Source: Thermofilaceae archaeon (GTDB taxonomy: Archaea > Thermoproteota > Thermoprotei > Thermofilales > Thermofilaceae). From it: a DNA stretch of 64,000 nt. This document shows, piece after piece, positions 49,408 through 61,148 of the stretch (position 1 is its first letter; each line of letters starts with the position of its first letter). Under the pieces are notes generated by a model. That model made no database searches. It was not told the DNA's origin and saw only the letters and a program-made list of their open reading frames with translations. Made by a program: the position numbers and the translations under genes. The stretch is taken from positions 448,001 to 512,000 of the forward strand of contig JAWCCZ010000001.1 of assembly GCA_038861545.1 (NCBI GenBank), given 5' to 3'.

Positions 49408-50748
49408 GTGGGGCTTAAGCGAGAACTGGGCTTAGGGTATGCTACATTGTTCGGTGTAGGTTTAATACTGGGAGCTGGGATATACGTTTTAGTGGGTAGG
49501 GCTGCGGGTTTAGTTGGTGATGCAGTTTGGCTTAGCGTAGCTTTTTCAGGCGTTATAGCGATTTCCACAGCGCTATCGTACGCGGAGCTCGCCGGTGTTT
49601 TCCCTTACGCTTCGAGCACACACCGGTATGTTCTAGAGGCTTTTCCCGAGTGGCGGCTTCCTGCTTTCCTGGCTGCATGGATGGTATTCTTCGAAGGTGT
49701 AGCCGGCGCGGCTACAGCGGCTTTAGGTTTTGCTGGCTACTTTACACGGCTTTTAGGCTTAGGTGTACACGCGACCGTGCCAATAGCGCTAGTGCTTCTA
49801 TTTTTGCTTTCACTGTTGAATTGGTTAGGAGTTAAGGAGTCAGCAGCCTTATCCGCTGTGTTTACTTTCATAGAAGCCGGAGGCTTGCTTTTCGTAGCCT
49901 TACTCGGACTCCTGCTACCAGTTCGGGAGCCAATCTATTTTTCCTTTAACCCGACGGTCGAGTCATGGACCGCGGTGTTGGTGGGCGCCGCTATATTCTA
50001 CTTCGCTTACACCGGTTTCGAGTTCCAGCCAACGTTGAGCGAGGAGACTAGGAACCCGGAACGGGTAATGCCTAAAGCGATACTTGCAGCTGTAGCGGTC
50101 ACAACGGTTCTCTACTTGCTGGTTAGCTTCAGTATCGTGCGTCTAATGAGTTGGGAGGAGCTTGGCTTAAGTGGTGCGCCTTTAGCGGATGCTGCTGCTA
50201 GAGTATGGGCTCCCGCTTTCCATTTGTTGATGATTATCGCGTTGTTCGCGACTACTAACACTGCGCTCGGCTTCTTGGTTACTGCTTCTAGACTCGCGTA
50301 CGGGCTTGCTGAGGAGGAGGTTGTTTGGCGTGGTTTCCACTCTGTGGATAAACGTAGAGGTACTCCCAGCTTAGCGGTCATGTTCGCGGGCGTGGTTTCC
50401 GCTTTACTGTTGCTTTTAACTTGGTATCTGCCGGAGGCTACTGGGTGGCGGTTACGCGTAGCGGGGTTCGAGTACCAGTTAATCGATTTGGTGGGGAAGA
50501 CGGCCAGCTTAGCTGTATTGCTCGCCTTTCTTTTCGTGAATTCTGCGCTTATTGCGTTGAGGTTCAGGAACCCCTCTTTGGCAAGACCGTTTAAAGTCCC
50601 TCTAAGTGTTAAGCACGTACCGGTTCTTCCTTTAATGGCTAACGTTTTGATCCTAGTGTTCCTAACTGTAAGTTTTAATGATTGGATCGTATGGCTCAGC
50701 ACGGTTCTAGTAACGATACTAGGCCTGCTCTTGTACAAGCGTAAATGA
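49408..50748 (+). CDS. APC-family amino acid permease
   Basis: LKRELG, GAGIY, YAEL, FAYTGFE, EETRNP, SRLAY, RPFKVP. Confidence 0.92.
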   Translation: MGLKRELGLGYATLFGVGLILGAGIYVLVGRAAGLVGDAVWLSVAFSGVIAISTALSYAELAGVFPYASSTHRYVLEAFPEWRLPAFLAAWMVFFEGVAGAATAALGFAGYFTRLLGLGVHATVPIALVLLFLLSLLNWLGVKESAALSAVFTFIEAGGLLFVALLGLLLPVREPIYFSFNPTVESWTAVLVGAAIFYFAYTGFEFQPTLSEETRNPERVMPKAILAAVAVTTVLYLLVSFSIVRLMSWEELGLSGAPLADAAARVWAPAFHLLMIIALFATTNTALGFLVTASRLAYGLAEEEVVWRGFHSVDKRRGTPSLAVMFAGVVSALLLLLTWYLPEATGWRLRVAGFEYQLIDLVGKTASLAVLLAFLFVNSALIALRFRNPSLARPFKVPLSVKHVPVLPLMANVLILVFLTVSFNDWIVWLSTVLVTILGLLLYKRK

Positions 50749-51245
50749 GTTAACGTGTAAAGTTGAGTTAATTACGTCGTTTGAGTTTAAAGTTTCCTAA
50801 GCTTTATGAAATTATTTTCACATTCCAAGCTAAAACCTTTTCTAATAATCCTAGTATAGACGAGTGTAATTTATGCGAGTGTTAAAGGCTTTTTCTCAAA
50901 TAATTCTCTAAACGGTTTTATTGCTAAGCTGGTTATATTCTCAAAGCCGGTCCGGTGCATAGAAAAGTTTTGTAAGATGTGAAGCAACAAGTTTCGAAGG
51001 CTTGTTTAATCCTCTTAATCTATTCGATGATAAGAGCGAGCCTTTGATGCACTTCAAGTGGAGCAGACTGTGAAGATTCTCTGTAGTACTCGTTTGCTGT
51101 TGTTCAGCTCTCTAGCACTACGATACGCGGATATTATCTAGACTTCTCCAGCTCCTATAGAAGCTCGTTAGATAGGATGATTCAAGGGTTGAGAGTTGCT
51201 AGGTAAGTGAAAGTAAGTTTAAGTGTAACACCGTATTAGTGTCTT

Positions 51246-51983
51246 GTGCCGAAACAAACTGCGTTAGTTACAGGTAGAAGTAGATTAATTGCTTTAACTT
51301 CGCTCATGGCTTCAACAGTTTTCCTCGTTACTGCTGCTTTTTCACTTTATGTTCCGGAAACGAGAGGGTATTTTAACTTCGGAGAGTCTGCTGTTTACCT
51401 GACCTCTATTATTTTACCACCTAGTTGGGCGGCTTTGGCTAGCGGTTTCGGCTCGATGTTGGCTGACGTGTCATTGGGCTACTACCATTATGCGCCAGCG
51501 ACCTTGCTTATCAAGGGTGCTGAAGCTTTCGTTGTTTCCACTTTAATGAGGAAACATCCAAAAATTTTTGCAGGAGGAAGCGTAGCCGCTAACTTACTGT
51601 TGTCGATCAGCCTTCCCCTCCTAATAGGCTTACTCGGCCTTTCGCTTTACACGGGTACAGTTGAGCTCTCTTTCGCTTTACCTTTTACGTCCTTTGTAAG
51701 CTATGGGGCGTGGCAGCTTGCGGGTGTAGTGTGGTTAGCCGTAGCTTTAGTTTTAGGGATTTACTTGGTTTATGCTAATTTAAAGAGGATTGGTGACGCT
51801 TGGACTCTATTCTCCCTAGTGTCTGGCGGGGCTATTATGGTTTTGGGCTACTTTCTTTACGAGCAACTTATCCTCGGCGTAGCGGCTATTGCTGAAGTAC
51901 CCTTTAATCTCATGCAAGTGCTGATAGGGGTTTCCATAGTTCTTCCAGTTATGCACCAAGTTAAACAGCTATCTTCGGGCTAA
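51246..51983 (+). CDS. ECF transporter S component
   Basis: P.T.GYFNFGE, GSMLAD..LGY..YAP.T..IKG, PFN..Q. Confidence 0.85.
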   Translation: MPKQTALVTGRSRLIALTSLMASTVFLVTAAFSLYVPETRGYFNFGESAVYLTSIILPPSWAALASGFGSMLADVSLGYYHYAPATLLIKGAEAFVVSTLMRKHPKIFAGGSVAANLLLSISLPLLIGLLGLSLYTGTVELSFALPFTSFVSYGAWQLAGVVWLAVALVLGIYLVYANLKRIGDAWTLFSLVSGGAIMVLGYFLYEQLILGVAAIAEVPFNLMQVLIGVSIVLPVMHQVKQLSSG

Positions 51984-52615
51984 AACCCTAAATCCTCGTT
52001 TACTAAAATTACATGGAAATCTGTGAGGGAAGGTTTCCGCTCAACGATCACGGTAATGTTACATGCTCTTTCTGGTGAGCTACAATCCAAGCAACGGTCC
52101 AGCTTAACGCAAGGGGTTTTAAGTTTAAGCCTTTTACAGTTCATTACCGCCGCTATATTCTTAGCTCTCCACAACCCTTCCTTAACATCGCGGACCAACT
52201 TATTCTTACCAGCTACAACGATTACGCGTTTAGGCCCGAAAATCATCGCAGCCACGCGGTTGCCAACTCCGTCAATGCTTATCAGCTTTCCATCCATCGT
52301 TACAGCGTTAACGCTGCATAGGAAAGTATCCGATGTAAGTTCTTCTCTTCTTAAATGATCGAGTACCTCTGGGGTAGCCTGCACCCAATGATGAATTACC
52401 CTGAAACTTCTCCTCTCGAGCTCCTCAATTAATTCAAGCTCTCGAATAGTAACTGAGCCCCCTATTCCAACCGTGTTCCCCTCTGGTATTAAGCTGAGTA
52501 CGATACTTTTAGCCTCTTCCCGGTTTAGCGCAAGGTAGGCAGAAAAGCCGTTCAGCCTTAATGCTTCAACAGTCTTTTCTAATTGCTGCTTAGAGAACCA
52601 GCTTTTAGCCTCCAT
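51980..52615 (-). CDS. LUD-domain (LutC/YkgG-like) protein
   Basis: GGSVT, S.NA.T.DG.L..IDG.GNRVA, G.NK, C-terminal Cys cluster. Confidence 0.87.
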   Translation of the reverse strand: MEAKSWFSKQQLEKTVEALRLNGFSAYLALNREEAKSIVLSLIPEGNTVGIGGSVTIRELELIEELERRSFRVIHHWVQATPEVLDHLRREELTSDTFLCSVNAVTMDGKLISIDGVGNRVAAMIFGPKRVIVVAGKNKLVRDVKEGLWRAKNIAAVMNCKRLKLKTPCVKLDRCLDCSSPERACNITVIVERKPSLTDFHVILVNEDLGF

Positions 52616-52675
52616 GAGTGCTGAACGCTTAACGGTCTAAAAAGTTAGCCTAAAAATCTGGTTTACTCCTGAAGC

Positions 52676-53029
52676 TTAATGTGAGGCAGCGATCAGCGCA
52701 ACTCCCCCTATTATCAGCATTACCCCTAGAATCTTCGCCAGAGTTAAAGGTTCGCCGAAGAGTAGGTGCCCTGCAACTAACGCTAACGCGTAGTTGACGC
52801 TGATCAGAGGGTACAGCTTGCTAAGCTCCCCCTTACTTAACGCAGCTAACCAAGCTAGGGTGGATAAAGCGTATAACGAGAAACCGAGGATTACGAACTT
52901 ATTGGACAGCAACTTGAGCAACGACTCGAAGCTCAGTCGAGTATCTTTCGGTATAGCATACCTCCAAGCCAGTTGACCTGCTAAACCGAGCAGCGCCGAA
53001 ATTAGCGCTAAAGCAGCGTCGCTTTTCAC
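52676..53029 (-). CDS. Small DMT/EamA (ArnE/F-like) membrane transporter
   Basis: 4 TM helices; W..ALS..ELS..YP, FGE.LT..K..G. Confidence 0.82.
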   Translation of the reverse strand: MKSDAALALISALLGLAGQLAWRYAIPKDTRLSFESLLKLLSNKFVILGFSLYALSTLAWLAALSKGELSKLYPLISVNYALALVAGHLLFGEPLTLAKILGVMLIIGGVALIAASH

Positions 53030-53103
53030 ACGTTTAACTCTCTAACAGCCTAAAAAAGTATCTGAATACGTTACAGCTATATCCCAGCCCGGAGGTATTA
53101 ACC

Positions 53104-54393
53104 ATGCCTGAGGTCAATACAAGTAGTATTCTAAGGATTCTTAAAAACGCCGGCGTGAAAAGGTTAATGTTCATCATTACAGATATTTTCGGAAAGCCTC
53201 GTGGAGTCAGTTTCAGCATTAAAGAGTCTCTTAAGGTTTTAAAGGAGGGGTTATGCTTCGATGGATCTTCCCTACCCAAGTACGCGCCAGTCCATGAAAG
53301 CGATATACTAGCTAAACCCGACCTTTCTTCACTCTACGTAGATCCTAGCGTGCACAGCGCATGGGTTTTCTGCAGCGTGGTTGAGCCCTCTAGCGCTAAG
53401 CGAAGAGATCCCCGCTGGCTTCTATTTAACGCAACTCAAGCTCTTAGAGAATCTAGGTTTAAGGTGAAAGTGGGGATCGAGGTCGAATTCTTCTTAGTTA
53501 AGATGAATGGAGGCGAGGTGAAGCCGGTGGACACCTGCGGCTACTTTGATATTTCAGCACCAGCGCTGAGCGTCGTAGAAGAGATAGCAAGTAAAGCCGA
53601 GCGCGCCGGCTTAGGCGCCGTTAAAGCGCACCATGAAGTTGCACCTGGTCAATACGAATGCGTTCTCCCCGCCGCAAATCCCGTGAAGGCATGTGATACG
53701 TTCTTGCTCTTTAAGGAGCTTGCCTCGACAACGGCATTATCGTATGGGCTGCGAGTTACGTTTATGCCTAAACCGTTTTGGGGCGTTAACGGTAGTGGAG
53801 CGCACGTGCATCTCAGCCTGTATAAAGATGGCGTCAATGTATTTCGGTTTAAAGGCGAGTTTTCCAGAGAAGGGTTTAGCTGCATAGCGGGTCTGCTACA
53901 GATGTCTAGATCGATAGCCGCTTTAGCTGCACCTACGGTTAACTCATACAAGAGGCTTATACCGCACCACGAGGCTCCAACTAGGATAGCATGGGGCTAC
54001 GGCAACCGGACGACGCTTATCAGGGTGCCGCTCTACCAAGGCGCGGCGGAAAGGGTTGAGTTCAGACAACCAGATCCATTAATGAACCCCTACCTCACGG
54101 TTTTAACAGTCATTAAGTCCATGCTCAATGGTTTAGTTGAGAGGCTGGAGTCGCCACCTCCAGTTACAGTCTCAGCATACGAGTTAGAGGGATTAGGTGA
54201 AACCCCACGCCACTTAGGTGAGGCGGCCGACGAGTTCGCTAATACATTCAACCAGCTCGGGATCCCCACTGACCTAGCTGAACTTTACTTAAAATGTAAG
54301 AGGGAGGAGTGGAAAGAGTACTTGCAACAGTGCGGATCCTGGGAGGAGACGTGGAATAAGGTAACCAGCTGGGAGTATAGCCGCTATCTCTGA
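53104..54393 (+). CDS. glnA: Glutamine synthetase type I family
   Basis: FDGSS, E.EF, HHEVAPGQYE, TFMPKP..G.NGSG.H.H, YKRL, NR...IRVP, E.R.PD...NPYL. Confidence 0.9.
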   Translation: MPEVNTSSILRILKNAGVKRLMFIITDIFGKPRGVSFSIKESLKVLKEGLCFDGSSLPKYAPVHESDILAKPDLSSLYVDPSVHSAWVFCSVVEPSSAKRRDPRWLLFNATQALRESRFKVKVGIEVEFFLVKMNGGEVKPVDTCGYFDISAPALSVVEEIASKAERAGLGAVKAHHEVAPGQYECVLPAANPVKACDTFLLFKELASTTALSYGLRVTFMPKPFWGVNGSGAHVHLSLYKDGVNVFRFKGEFSREGFSCIAGLLQMSRSIAALAAPTVNSYKRLIPHHEAPTRIAWGYGNRTTLIRVPLYQGAAERVEFRQPDPLMNPYLTVLTVIKSMLNGLVERLESPPPVTVSAYELEGLGETPRHLGEAADEFANTFNQLGIPTDLAELYLKCKREEWKEYLQQCGSWEETWNKVTSWEYSRYL

Positions 54394-54456
54394 AATTTCT
54401 ACGAAAGTTCCCAGAAATGCTTTACGAAGGGGGAAAGCGGTACATGGGCTAAAGGA

Positions 54457-56307
54457 TTATAGGTACTTTACCTGTTCCCAAGGGAGGCGCACGCCATCCA
54501 GGCATTCGTAGCTTGTTTCAGTTACCAGCTCTCTAACATAGTCTGGTAGTAGCGCCGCGTAGTTCCTGTACCTGTAATCGCCGAGCACTAGCACAGCTTG
54601 ATCTCTGGGACTCCTCAAAGCCCTCCCTAGGGCCTGCGCAGCTTTCCTAACAGCCGGATACACGTATGCGTAGAGTTTTCCCTTTTCTTCGCCGTATAGC
54701 TCCGTGTAGTACGATATATAGAGCGCTGTTTTCGTAGTGGGCTTCTCAAACGGTATTCCGGCTAGGAAAACACACATTAGCTCTCCGCCGGGGTAATCGG
54801 CTCCCTCGGCAAAGCGGCCACCCATGGGAGCTACGATTAACCCCCGCCCCTCGGCGGCGAGAGCCTTAAACGATTTAAGAACTTCTGAGGCTTCTAGGCT
54901 CGACATTTCTCGCCTTTCAATGAAGACTTCGTAGCCAATTTCCTCTGCTTTTCTCTTTAAGCCCGCGTTAACCAGGTCACCCTGTATACGGTAGCTTGCG
55001 GTGAAAACCGCACTGTTCTTACGCACTCTGGATAGCAGCCTAAGGATTCCGTTAACGTACTTCATGGCCATTTCCTCGCTAAGCTCCTCACCCCTCGTCG
55101 AGAGATCCCGAACGAGGTAGACAGAAGCATTGGTTTCATCGTAAGGACTTGGAGCGTTTACAGCGTAGTAGTTCTCTAATCCGACTGTCTCCGCAAAAGC
55201 TTCAATAGGGCTCAGCGTGCCGGACATGAAAATTACCCGCTTGAACTTCTTCCATACTTCGCCGAGGATCTCGGCTGAGCGCATGTCCCAAATACTGAGG
55301 CTTAAGCGCTCCTCCAGGCGTTCAACGATAAACGCTACCCCCTTGGTACCCCTCAAGCTGAGAGCATTTTCCAGAAAACGAGCGAAATGATAGAGGCTTG
55401 ACCTTGGTCTAAGCCCTTGCCTGTACCTTAACTCCCTGATACTCTCTCCGGCTTTAACAGCTGCTTGGATAAGCCAGTTTTTCTCCTCTGGCACTAGGCT
55501 AGCCGGATCAAATAGCTCGGGTTCTTCTTCGCGCACACTGCTGAATTTCTCCTCAATAATGTTCTGCGCATGTCTTACAAGCTCTAAAGCTTCTTCGCTA
55601 TTAACTTCCCTCGCCTCGCCTATAGCTCTGGATAGCGTGCCCTCGGTTATGCTATCGCCCCCGAGGTTTAGGTTCTGCAGATTATGAGCCTCATCAACCA
55701 CTAGTATCGAGTTGCTGAAGGGAATGACCGATTTAAGGCTCCAAGCCAGTTCTTCGTCTACGATGTAATTGTAGCTGAGAGCTACTATATCCGCGTAAGA
55801 TAAAAGCTTCCTCTGCAGGAAGTATGGGCAAAGGCCCAGCTCTTCGGCGGCTCGGTAGACTTCATAGTGAGTTAATGCTCCTTTAGACATCAGATGGTTA
55901 ACGTCTACCCCCTCCTCTAGCCTCTGGTAAAACTCGCATTTCTTACGTTCTCTGCTGCATATGTAAGCTACTTCTGCGTAATCGAGCTCTCCACCTAGTT
56001 TCTTCGCGAGTAGACACATATCTTTCTTTCCTCTGTATCCCAGGCCTACTAGCTTTAAGCCGATTTCTTTCCTGAATGTCGAGAGCTCCTCCACTGGTCG
56101 GTCAGTCTCGTTTCCAGTCCTCACCGCCCAGATAACACGGTTACCCCTCTCAATGTACGGCAGTAGTGCGTATATCACCACCGGCGTTTTACCGAAGCCT
56201 GTCGGGGCCTCCAATACAACATTTACTCTTTTCAGGGCTTTTCTGATTTCGTGAGCCACTTCAACCTGGTGTGGGCGGGGTCTGTACGGGAACCTGTAAT
56301 CGCTCAT
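54457..56307 (-). CDS. xpd: XPD/Rad3-family Fe-S DNA helicase
   Basis: Q motif, APTGFGKT, four-Cys FeS region ending CPY, DEAHN, SGTL, EG.DY, QA.GR..R. Confidence 0.9.
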   Translation of the reverse strand: MSDYRFPYRPRPHQVEVAHEIRKALKRVNVVLEAPTGFGKTPVVIYALLPYIERGNRVIWAVRTGNETDRPVEELSTFRKEIGLKLVGLGYRGKKDMCLLAKKLGGELDYAEVAYICSRERKKCEFYQRLEEGVDVNHLMSKGALTHYEVYRAAEELGLCPYFLQRKLLSYADIVALSYNYIVDEELAWSLKSVIPFSNSILVVDEAHNLQNLNLGGDSITEGTLSRAIGEAREVNSEEALELVRHAQNIIEEKFSSVREEEPELFDPASLVPEEKNWLIQAAVKAGESIRELRYRQGLRPRSSLYHFARFLENALSLRGTKGVAFIVERLEERLSLSIWDMRSAEILGEVWKKFKRVIFMSGTLSPIEAFAETVGLENYYAVNAPSPYDETNASVYLVRDLSTRGEELSEEMAMKYVNGILRLLSRVRKNSAVFTASYRIQGDLVNAGLKRKAEEIGYEVFIERREMSSLEASEVLKSFKALAAEGRGLIVAPMGGRFAEGADYPGGELMCVFLAGIPFEKPTTKTALYISYYTELYGEEKGKLYAYVYPAVRKAAQALGRALRSPRDQAVLVLGDYRYRNYAALLPDYVRELVTETSYECLDGVRLPWEQVKYL

Positions 56308-56406
56308 CCCTACGTACTCCTATACATGAGGTTTACATGCTTAGCGGATATTTTCAAGCCCCGCGAAAGCCAGCTTAAAGCATTTTATCGTGTGTTTTAA
56401 CCCTTA

Positions 56407-57996
56407 ATGGCGAAGGTTATGAAATCGCCGAAATATGTGATGGCGGTAGATCAAGGCACAACTGGGACCAGAGTGATGCTTTTCACGAGGGATGGTTTAC
56501 CAGTTCAAGGTGGATGGGCTTACCGCGAACATAGACAAATCTACCCCCGCCCCGGCTGGGTTGAACATGATCCAATGGAAATATGGGAGAACACGAAGCT
56601 CTGCATGAAAGAGGCTTTAGAGAAGGCTCGAGTAGACCCAAGGAACCTAGCAGCTATAGGTGTTACGAACCAGAGGGAGACGATAGTGGTATGGGATCAG
56701 CGCACAGGTAAACCTGTTTACAACGCTATCGTGTGGCAAGATAGGCGGACAGCCCCCTATGTGGATTACTTAAAAGGATACTATGCTGAAGTAGTAAAGT
56801 CGAAGACTGGATTAGTTCCCGACCCTTACTTCTCCGCAACTAAGGTTTGGTGGCTCTTGGATAATGTGCCGAACCTGAGGGAAAAAGCCTCTAAAGATGA
56901 CGTGCTAATCGGTACTATTGACACGTGGCTTGTATGGAACCTAACGCGTGGAGCTAGGGATGTACAGACACCAGAGAAAGGAGGAGCACACGTCACTGAC
57001 TACTCAAACGCGTCTAGAACTATGTTGTTCAACATATGGTACCTTGAGTGGGATGATGAGTTGTTAGAAATTAACGGTAAAATCCCGAAGGAACCCCTTC
57101 CAGCTCCGAGACCTTCAAGCGATAAGGCAGTTTACGGTTACACGGGACCTGAAGTTGCAGGCTTGCTTAGTGGAGCAAGTGTGCCAGTCACTGGTGATGC
57201 CGGTGATCAGCAGGCAGCGCTATTCGGTCAAGCCGGTTTCTCAGAGGGGGATATGAAGTGCACGTACGGGACTGGTAATTTCCTACTGATGAATACGGGC
57301 AGCAGGATCGTGGAATCGAGGCATGGTTTACTCACCACGGTATTCTATAGCCTTGAGCCTGGGAAGGCCACGTACGCTTTAGAGGGTAGTATCTTTGTCA
57401 CAGGTGCTGCTATACAATGGTTGAGGGATGGTTTAAAGATCATCGAAGTCTCTGCTGAGGTGAACCCGCTAGCTGAAAGCGTATCGGACACAGGCGGAGT
57501 TTACTTTGTCCCGGCGTTCGTGGGTTTAGGGGCGCCATACTGGGATCATTACGCTAGAGGGGTAATAGTGGGGATAACTAGGGGAACAGAGCGCAAGCAC
57601 TTAGCGCGAGCAGCACTGGAGTCTATAGCTTACATGACTCGAGACGTTGTGGAAGCAATGACTGCAGACACAGGCTTAAAACTCGATGTCTTAAAGGCGG
57701 ATGGAGGCGCAGCGAAAAGCGATTTCCTGCTTCAGTTCCAGGCGGATATCCTAGGTGTTAGGGTCGTAAGGCCGGTGGTTTGGGAGACAACGTCCTTGGG
57801 TGCCGCTTACTTAGCGGGGTTAGCGGTTGATATGTGGGACGGTATAAGCGAATTACGGGGTAACTGGAAGGCGGAGAGAGAGTTCAACCCATGGATGGAC
57901 GCAGCTACGAGGGATAGGCTTTATGAGGGGTGGAAGGCCGCGGTGAAGAGGGCTCTCGGCTGGGCGAAAGAGGTACCTTGGGCATATGGGTACTGA
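56407..57996 (+). CDS. glpK: Glycerol kinase
   Basis: [58 protein letters not shown]. Confidence 0.96.
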   Translation: MAKVMKSPKYVMAVDQGTTGTRVMLFTRDGLPVQGGWAYREHRQIYPRPGWVEHDPMEIWENTKLCMKEALEKARVDPRNLAAIGVTNQRETIVVWDQRTGKPVYNAIVWQDRRTAPYVDYLKGYYAEVVKSKTGLVPDPYFSATKVWWLLDNVPNLREKASKDDVLIGTIDTWLVWNLTRGARDVQTPEKGGAHVTDYSNASRTMLFNIWYLEWDDELLEINGKIPKEPLPAPRPSSDKAVYGYTGPEVAGLLSGASVPVTGDAGDQQAALFGQAGFSEGDMKCTYGTGNFLLMNTGSRIVESRHGLLTTVFYSLEPGKATYALEGSIFVTGAAIQWLRDGLKIIEVSAEVNPLAESVSDTGGVYFVPAFVGLGAPYWDHYARGVIVGITRGTERKHLARAALESIAYMTRDVVEAMTADTGLKLDVLKADGGAAKSDFLLQFQADILGVRVVRPVVWETTSLGAAYLAGLAVDMWDGISELRGNWKAEREFNPWMDAATRDRLYEGWKAAVKRALGWAKEVPWAYGY

Positions 57997-59497
57997 GGCT
58001 GGTGACGTGAAGCTGAAAGTAGCTATTATTGGAGCTGGTGTAGTGGGGGCTTCGATAGCCAGAGTACTCAGCATGTACGAAAATTTCGATGTAATCCTAC
58101 TGGAGCGAGAACCGGATGTGGGCTGGGGTGCGAGCAAGGCTAACACGTCTGTTATTCACCCGGGTCATGAGGAGGATCCAAGAAAGCACCCGATTAGAGC
58201 GAAGCTCTGCGTGGAGGGTAACCAATTATGGAGGAAGTGGACTGAGGAGCTCGATATCCCGGCTAGATGGCCAGGGGAGCTGATGCTTTTCTACAGTAAT
58301 GAGGAAGTTAAACGAGCTGCAGAGTACGTGGAGTTTGCCAGGCTTAACGGTGTACCCGGCGTTAAAATAGTGTGGGAGGAGGTTAAGCAGATTGAGCCGT
58401 GGGTTAACCCGAGCACAACTGGAGCGATTTACGCGCCAACCGCTGGCTTGGTATCTCCCTTCGAAGCTGTCGCTGCTATAGTGGAGAACGCTGTAGGAAA
58501 TGGAGTCAGGCTTCTAGCGGATACTGAGGTAAACGGAATCAAGGTTTCCGGCGGGGAAATAAATGGCGTGGAAACTGGTAGGGGGTTCGTGGAAGCTGAT
58601 TTAGTAATTAACGCTGCGGGTTTATGCGCGGATCGTGTTTCACACATGGCTGGTGTAGAGCTGGGGTTCAGGATAAAACCTAGAAGGGGGGAGTACCTTC
58701 TTTTTGATGAGAATGTGCATGTTAAACCGCGCATGATCCTGCATCCAGTCCCTACACCTATTACTAAAGGCGTCTACGCCATAACCACGGTTCATGGTAA
58801 CCTAATGCTCGGCCCTACAGCTGATGATCTACCCGAGGAAGAGAAAAATAATCTTTCGACTACAGGGGAGGGCCTTTCTCGCGTGATAGAGGAGGCTTCA
58901 AAGTTGTTAAAAGAGATTCCACCCCATGATAAGGTGATCAGGTTCTTTACAGGTTTAAGGCCGGAGCCTCCCCATGGCGAATGGTTGATTAAAGCCTACA
59001 ACGACCCTTGGGGTTTCGTCAACGTAGCCGGTATTCGATCTCCCGGTTTAACAGCTGCACCGGCTATTGCCAACTATGTTTTAGAGCTCATAGTCAGGGA
59101 ATATGATGTAAAGCTAAATCGTAAACTTTTGTGGAACCCTTACAGGGTGAACGTAACCAGTGTTAGGGGAAAAAACATAGAAGAAATGGATCAGCTAGTG
59201 AAAGTAAACCCGGACTATGGAGAAATCGTTTGTCGTTGCAGGTTAGTGTCCAAAGCTGAAATTATTGAAGCCATTGAAAGGATGAGGAAGATAGGGCTTG
59301 AGCGGATAACTGTTGATGGAGTTAAATTTAGGACTACGGCTGGAATGGGCTGGTGTCAAGGGCAGTTCTGCAGGTGGAGGATATCGCTTATTATCTCACA
59401 GGCCACCGGCATTCCGCTTTACGAGGTAGCTGTTAAGCGAGCAAGCTACGGTATAGGGGATGTAAAGGTTCTGCTTAAAGGTGGAAACATTTGCTAG
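57986..59497 (+). CDS. FAD-dependent glycerol-3-phosphate dehydrogenase-like subunit with BFD-type [2Fe-2S] domain
   Basis: [18 protein letters not shown]...[10 protein letters not shown]; overlaps glpK. Confidence 0.88.
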   Translation: MGTEAGDVKLKVAIIGAGVVGASIARVLSMYENFDVILLEREPDVGWGASKANTSVIHPGHEEDPRKHPIRAKLCVEGNQLWRKWTEELDIPARWPGELMLFYSNEEVKRAAEYVEFARLNGVPGVKIVWEEVKQIEPWVNPSTTGAIYAPTAGLVSPFEAVAAIVENAVGNGVRLLADTEVNGIKVSGGEINGVETGRGFVEADLVINAAGLCADRVSHMAGVELGFRIKPRRGEYLLFDENVHVKPRMILHPVPTPITKGVYAITTVHGNLMLGPTADDLPEEEKNNLSTTGEGLSRVIEEASKLLKEIPPHDKVIRFFTGLRPEPPHGEWLIKAYNDPWGFVNVAGIRSPGLTAAPAIANYVLELIVREYDVKLNRKLLWNPYRVNVTSVRGKNIEEMDQLVKVNPDYGEIVCRCRLVSKAEIIEAIERMRKIGLERITVDGVKFRTTAGMGWCQGQFCRWRISLIISQATGIPLYEVAVKRASYGIGDVKVLLKGGNIC

Positions 59498-60741
59498 AGC
59501 TAAAGTTCGACTTGGTTGTGGTTGGAGGCGGTCCAGCCGGAATCGCTGCAGCCTCGAAAGCCTGTGAGCTGGGCATGAAAGTAGGGTTAATTGAGAACAG
59601 GGAAGTCCTCGGAGGAATCCCATTACAGTGTGTTCATTCAGGTTTTGGTGTGCATATTTTTAGGGAGGATTTAACAGGGCCAGAGTTCATCTATAGGCTC
59701 ATTGATCGGCTTCAACGCACAGATGTTAAACTTCTCCTGAGATCTTATGTGCATTCGATTGAGTTGAAGGCTTTCGACGAGAAGATTGTCACGGTATTTT
59801 CGCCGAATGGGGTTCAAAGGCTATACGCTAAGGCGATTGTGCATTCAACAGGTGCGCGGGAGAGGACGATATTCGAAATAGGCGTAACTGGCGAAAGGCC
59901 AGATGGAGTGTACACCGCTGGGGAGGCTCAGACGATGATGGATTTGTACGGCTTGATGCCGGGTCGAAAGGTAGTTATCATTGGATCCGGTGATGTGGGC
60001 TTAATTATGGCTAGAAGGTTCGCGCTTGAAGGTGCCGAAGTGAGAGCTGTAATCGAGGTGCTTCCCTACCCGGGTGGATCTATGCGGAATGTAGTCAGCT
60101 GCCTCCAGGATTTCGGGATACCGCTTTACCTAAACCATGCTGTGGTCTCCCTCTATGGTAGAAAGAGAGTTGAGAAGGTAGTTGTAGCGAAAGTTGACAG
60201 CGAAATGAAGCCTATACCGGGTACGGAGTTCGAAGTAGAGTGTGATGTAGTCGTAGTGGCCGCCGGCTTAAGACCTAACATGGAGCTGTTGGAGAGGATG
60301 GGTGCAGTTCTCGATCCAGCTACAGGGGGGCCAGTCGTTAATGAAATGCTCGAAACAACGGTTCCTGGAGTCTTCGCGGCCGGCAATGCGTTAGTTGTAA
60401 ACGACTTAGTAGATTATGCTGTTGAGCAGGGTGAAAGGGCTGCTGAAGGCGTTTACGAGTTCATCAGCAACTGTTCTAAAAGCGCTGCGTGGAAGAAGGT
60501 AATAAAAGGTAGAAATGTGAGGTTGATTATACCTCACTACGTCAGCGGTGAACGAGACGTTATATTTTACGCGAGGGTTAAGAACCCTGAAAGAAAGGTT
60601 TTCTTTGAGCTACTCGGATCTGATTTGAAGTTGTACCAGCAGGGCGTCAGACCTTCAGAGATGGTTAGGTTTAAAGTTTCTTCATCAATTATATCCAGCT
60701 TAGGTGATAAACTACTCTTCCAGGTGAGGCCGCTTGAGTGA
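59491..60741 (+). CDS. NAD(P)/FAD-dependent oxidoreductase of the glycerol operon
   Basis: GGGPAG, GGIP.QC.H.GFG, TGPE, GSGDVGLIMARR. Confidence 0.88.
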   Translation: MLELKFDLVVVGGGPAGIAAASKACELGMKVGLIENREVLGGIPLQCVHSGFGVHIFREDLTGPEFIYRLIDRLQRTDVKLLLRSYVHSIELKAFDEKIVTVFSPNGVQRLYAKAIVHSTGARERTIFEIGVTGERPDGVYTAGEAQTMMDLYGLMPGRKVVIIGSGDVGLIMARRFALEGAEVRAVIEVLPYPGGSMRNVVSCLQDFGIPLYLNHAVVSLYGRKRVEKVVVAKVDSEMKPIPGTEFEVECDVVVVAAGLRPNMELLERMGAVLDPATGGPVVNEMLETTVPGVFAAGNALVVNDLVDYAVEQGERAAEGVYEFISNCSKSAAWKKVIKGRNVRLIIPHYVSGERDVIFYARVKNPERKVFFELLGSDLKLYQQGVRPSEMVRFKVSSSIISSLGDKLLFQVRPLE

Positions 60742-61135
60742 GGTAACGCTTATATGTATAATCTGCCCAGCTGCCTGCGAGCTTAAGGCTGTTTTGCTAC
60801 CGAATGATGAAACGCGGGTAGAGGGTGCAGGGTGCGCTAGAGGAGTAGAGTACGCCAAGCAAGAAGTGCTTAACCCGAGGCGGATGATAGTAACGGTAGT
60901 TAAGGTTAAAGGGGGCGATCTCCCAGTGGTTTCAGTTAAAACGAGTCAACACGTACCGAAGAGTCGCATCGCAGAGATCATGAGAACTACAGCGGAAGTC
61001 GTAGTCGACGCGCCAGTTGAGATTGGGCAAGTTGTAGCAATGTGCCCGGGGGGTGTAGAGCTTATAGCTACGAGGCGAGTAAAAGCCTTAGCCGATCAAA
61101 GGGCCTTGGGAAAGCTGTACGAGAACACAAGTTAA
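60734..61135 (+). CDS. DUF1667-like CxxCP metal-binding protein of the glycerol operon
   Basis: CIICP..C, C.RG..YA..E..NP.R. Confidence 0.85.
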   Translation: MSEVTLICIICPAACELKAVLLPNDETRVEGAGCARGVEYAKQEVLNPRRMIVTVVKVKGGDLPVVSVKTSQHVPKSRIAEIMRTTAEVVVDAPVEIGQVVAMCPGGVELIATRRVKALADQRALGKLYENTS

Positions 61136-61148
61136 TATATTCCTAAAG

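Noticed and set aside
50112-50738. 208-aa antisense ORF and the many other 60-145-aa shadow ORFs in the track
   Set aside because: They lie opposite or inside well-supported genes and have no recognisable motifs
50749-51245. About 500-bp gap without an ORF; possible C/D sRNA near 51025-51075 or a pseudogene
   Set aside because: No proper RUGAUGA/CUGA box pair and no recognisable protein remnant
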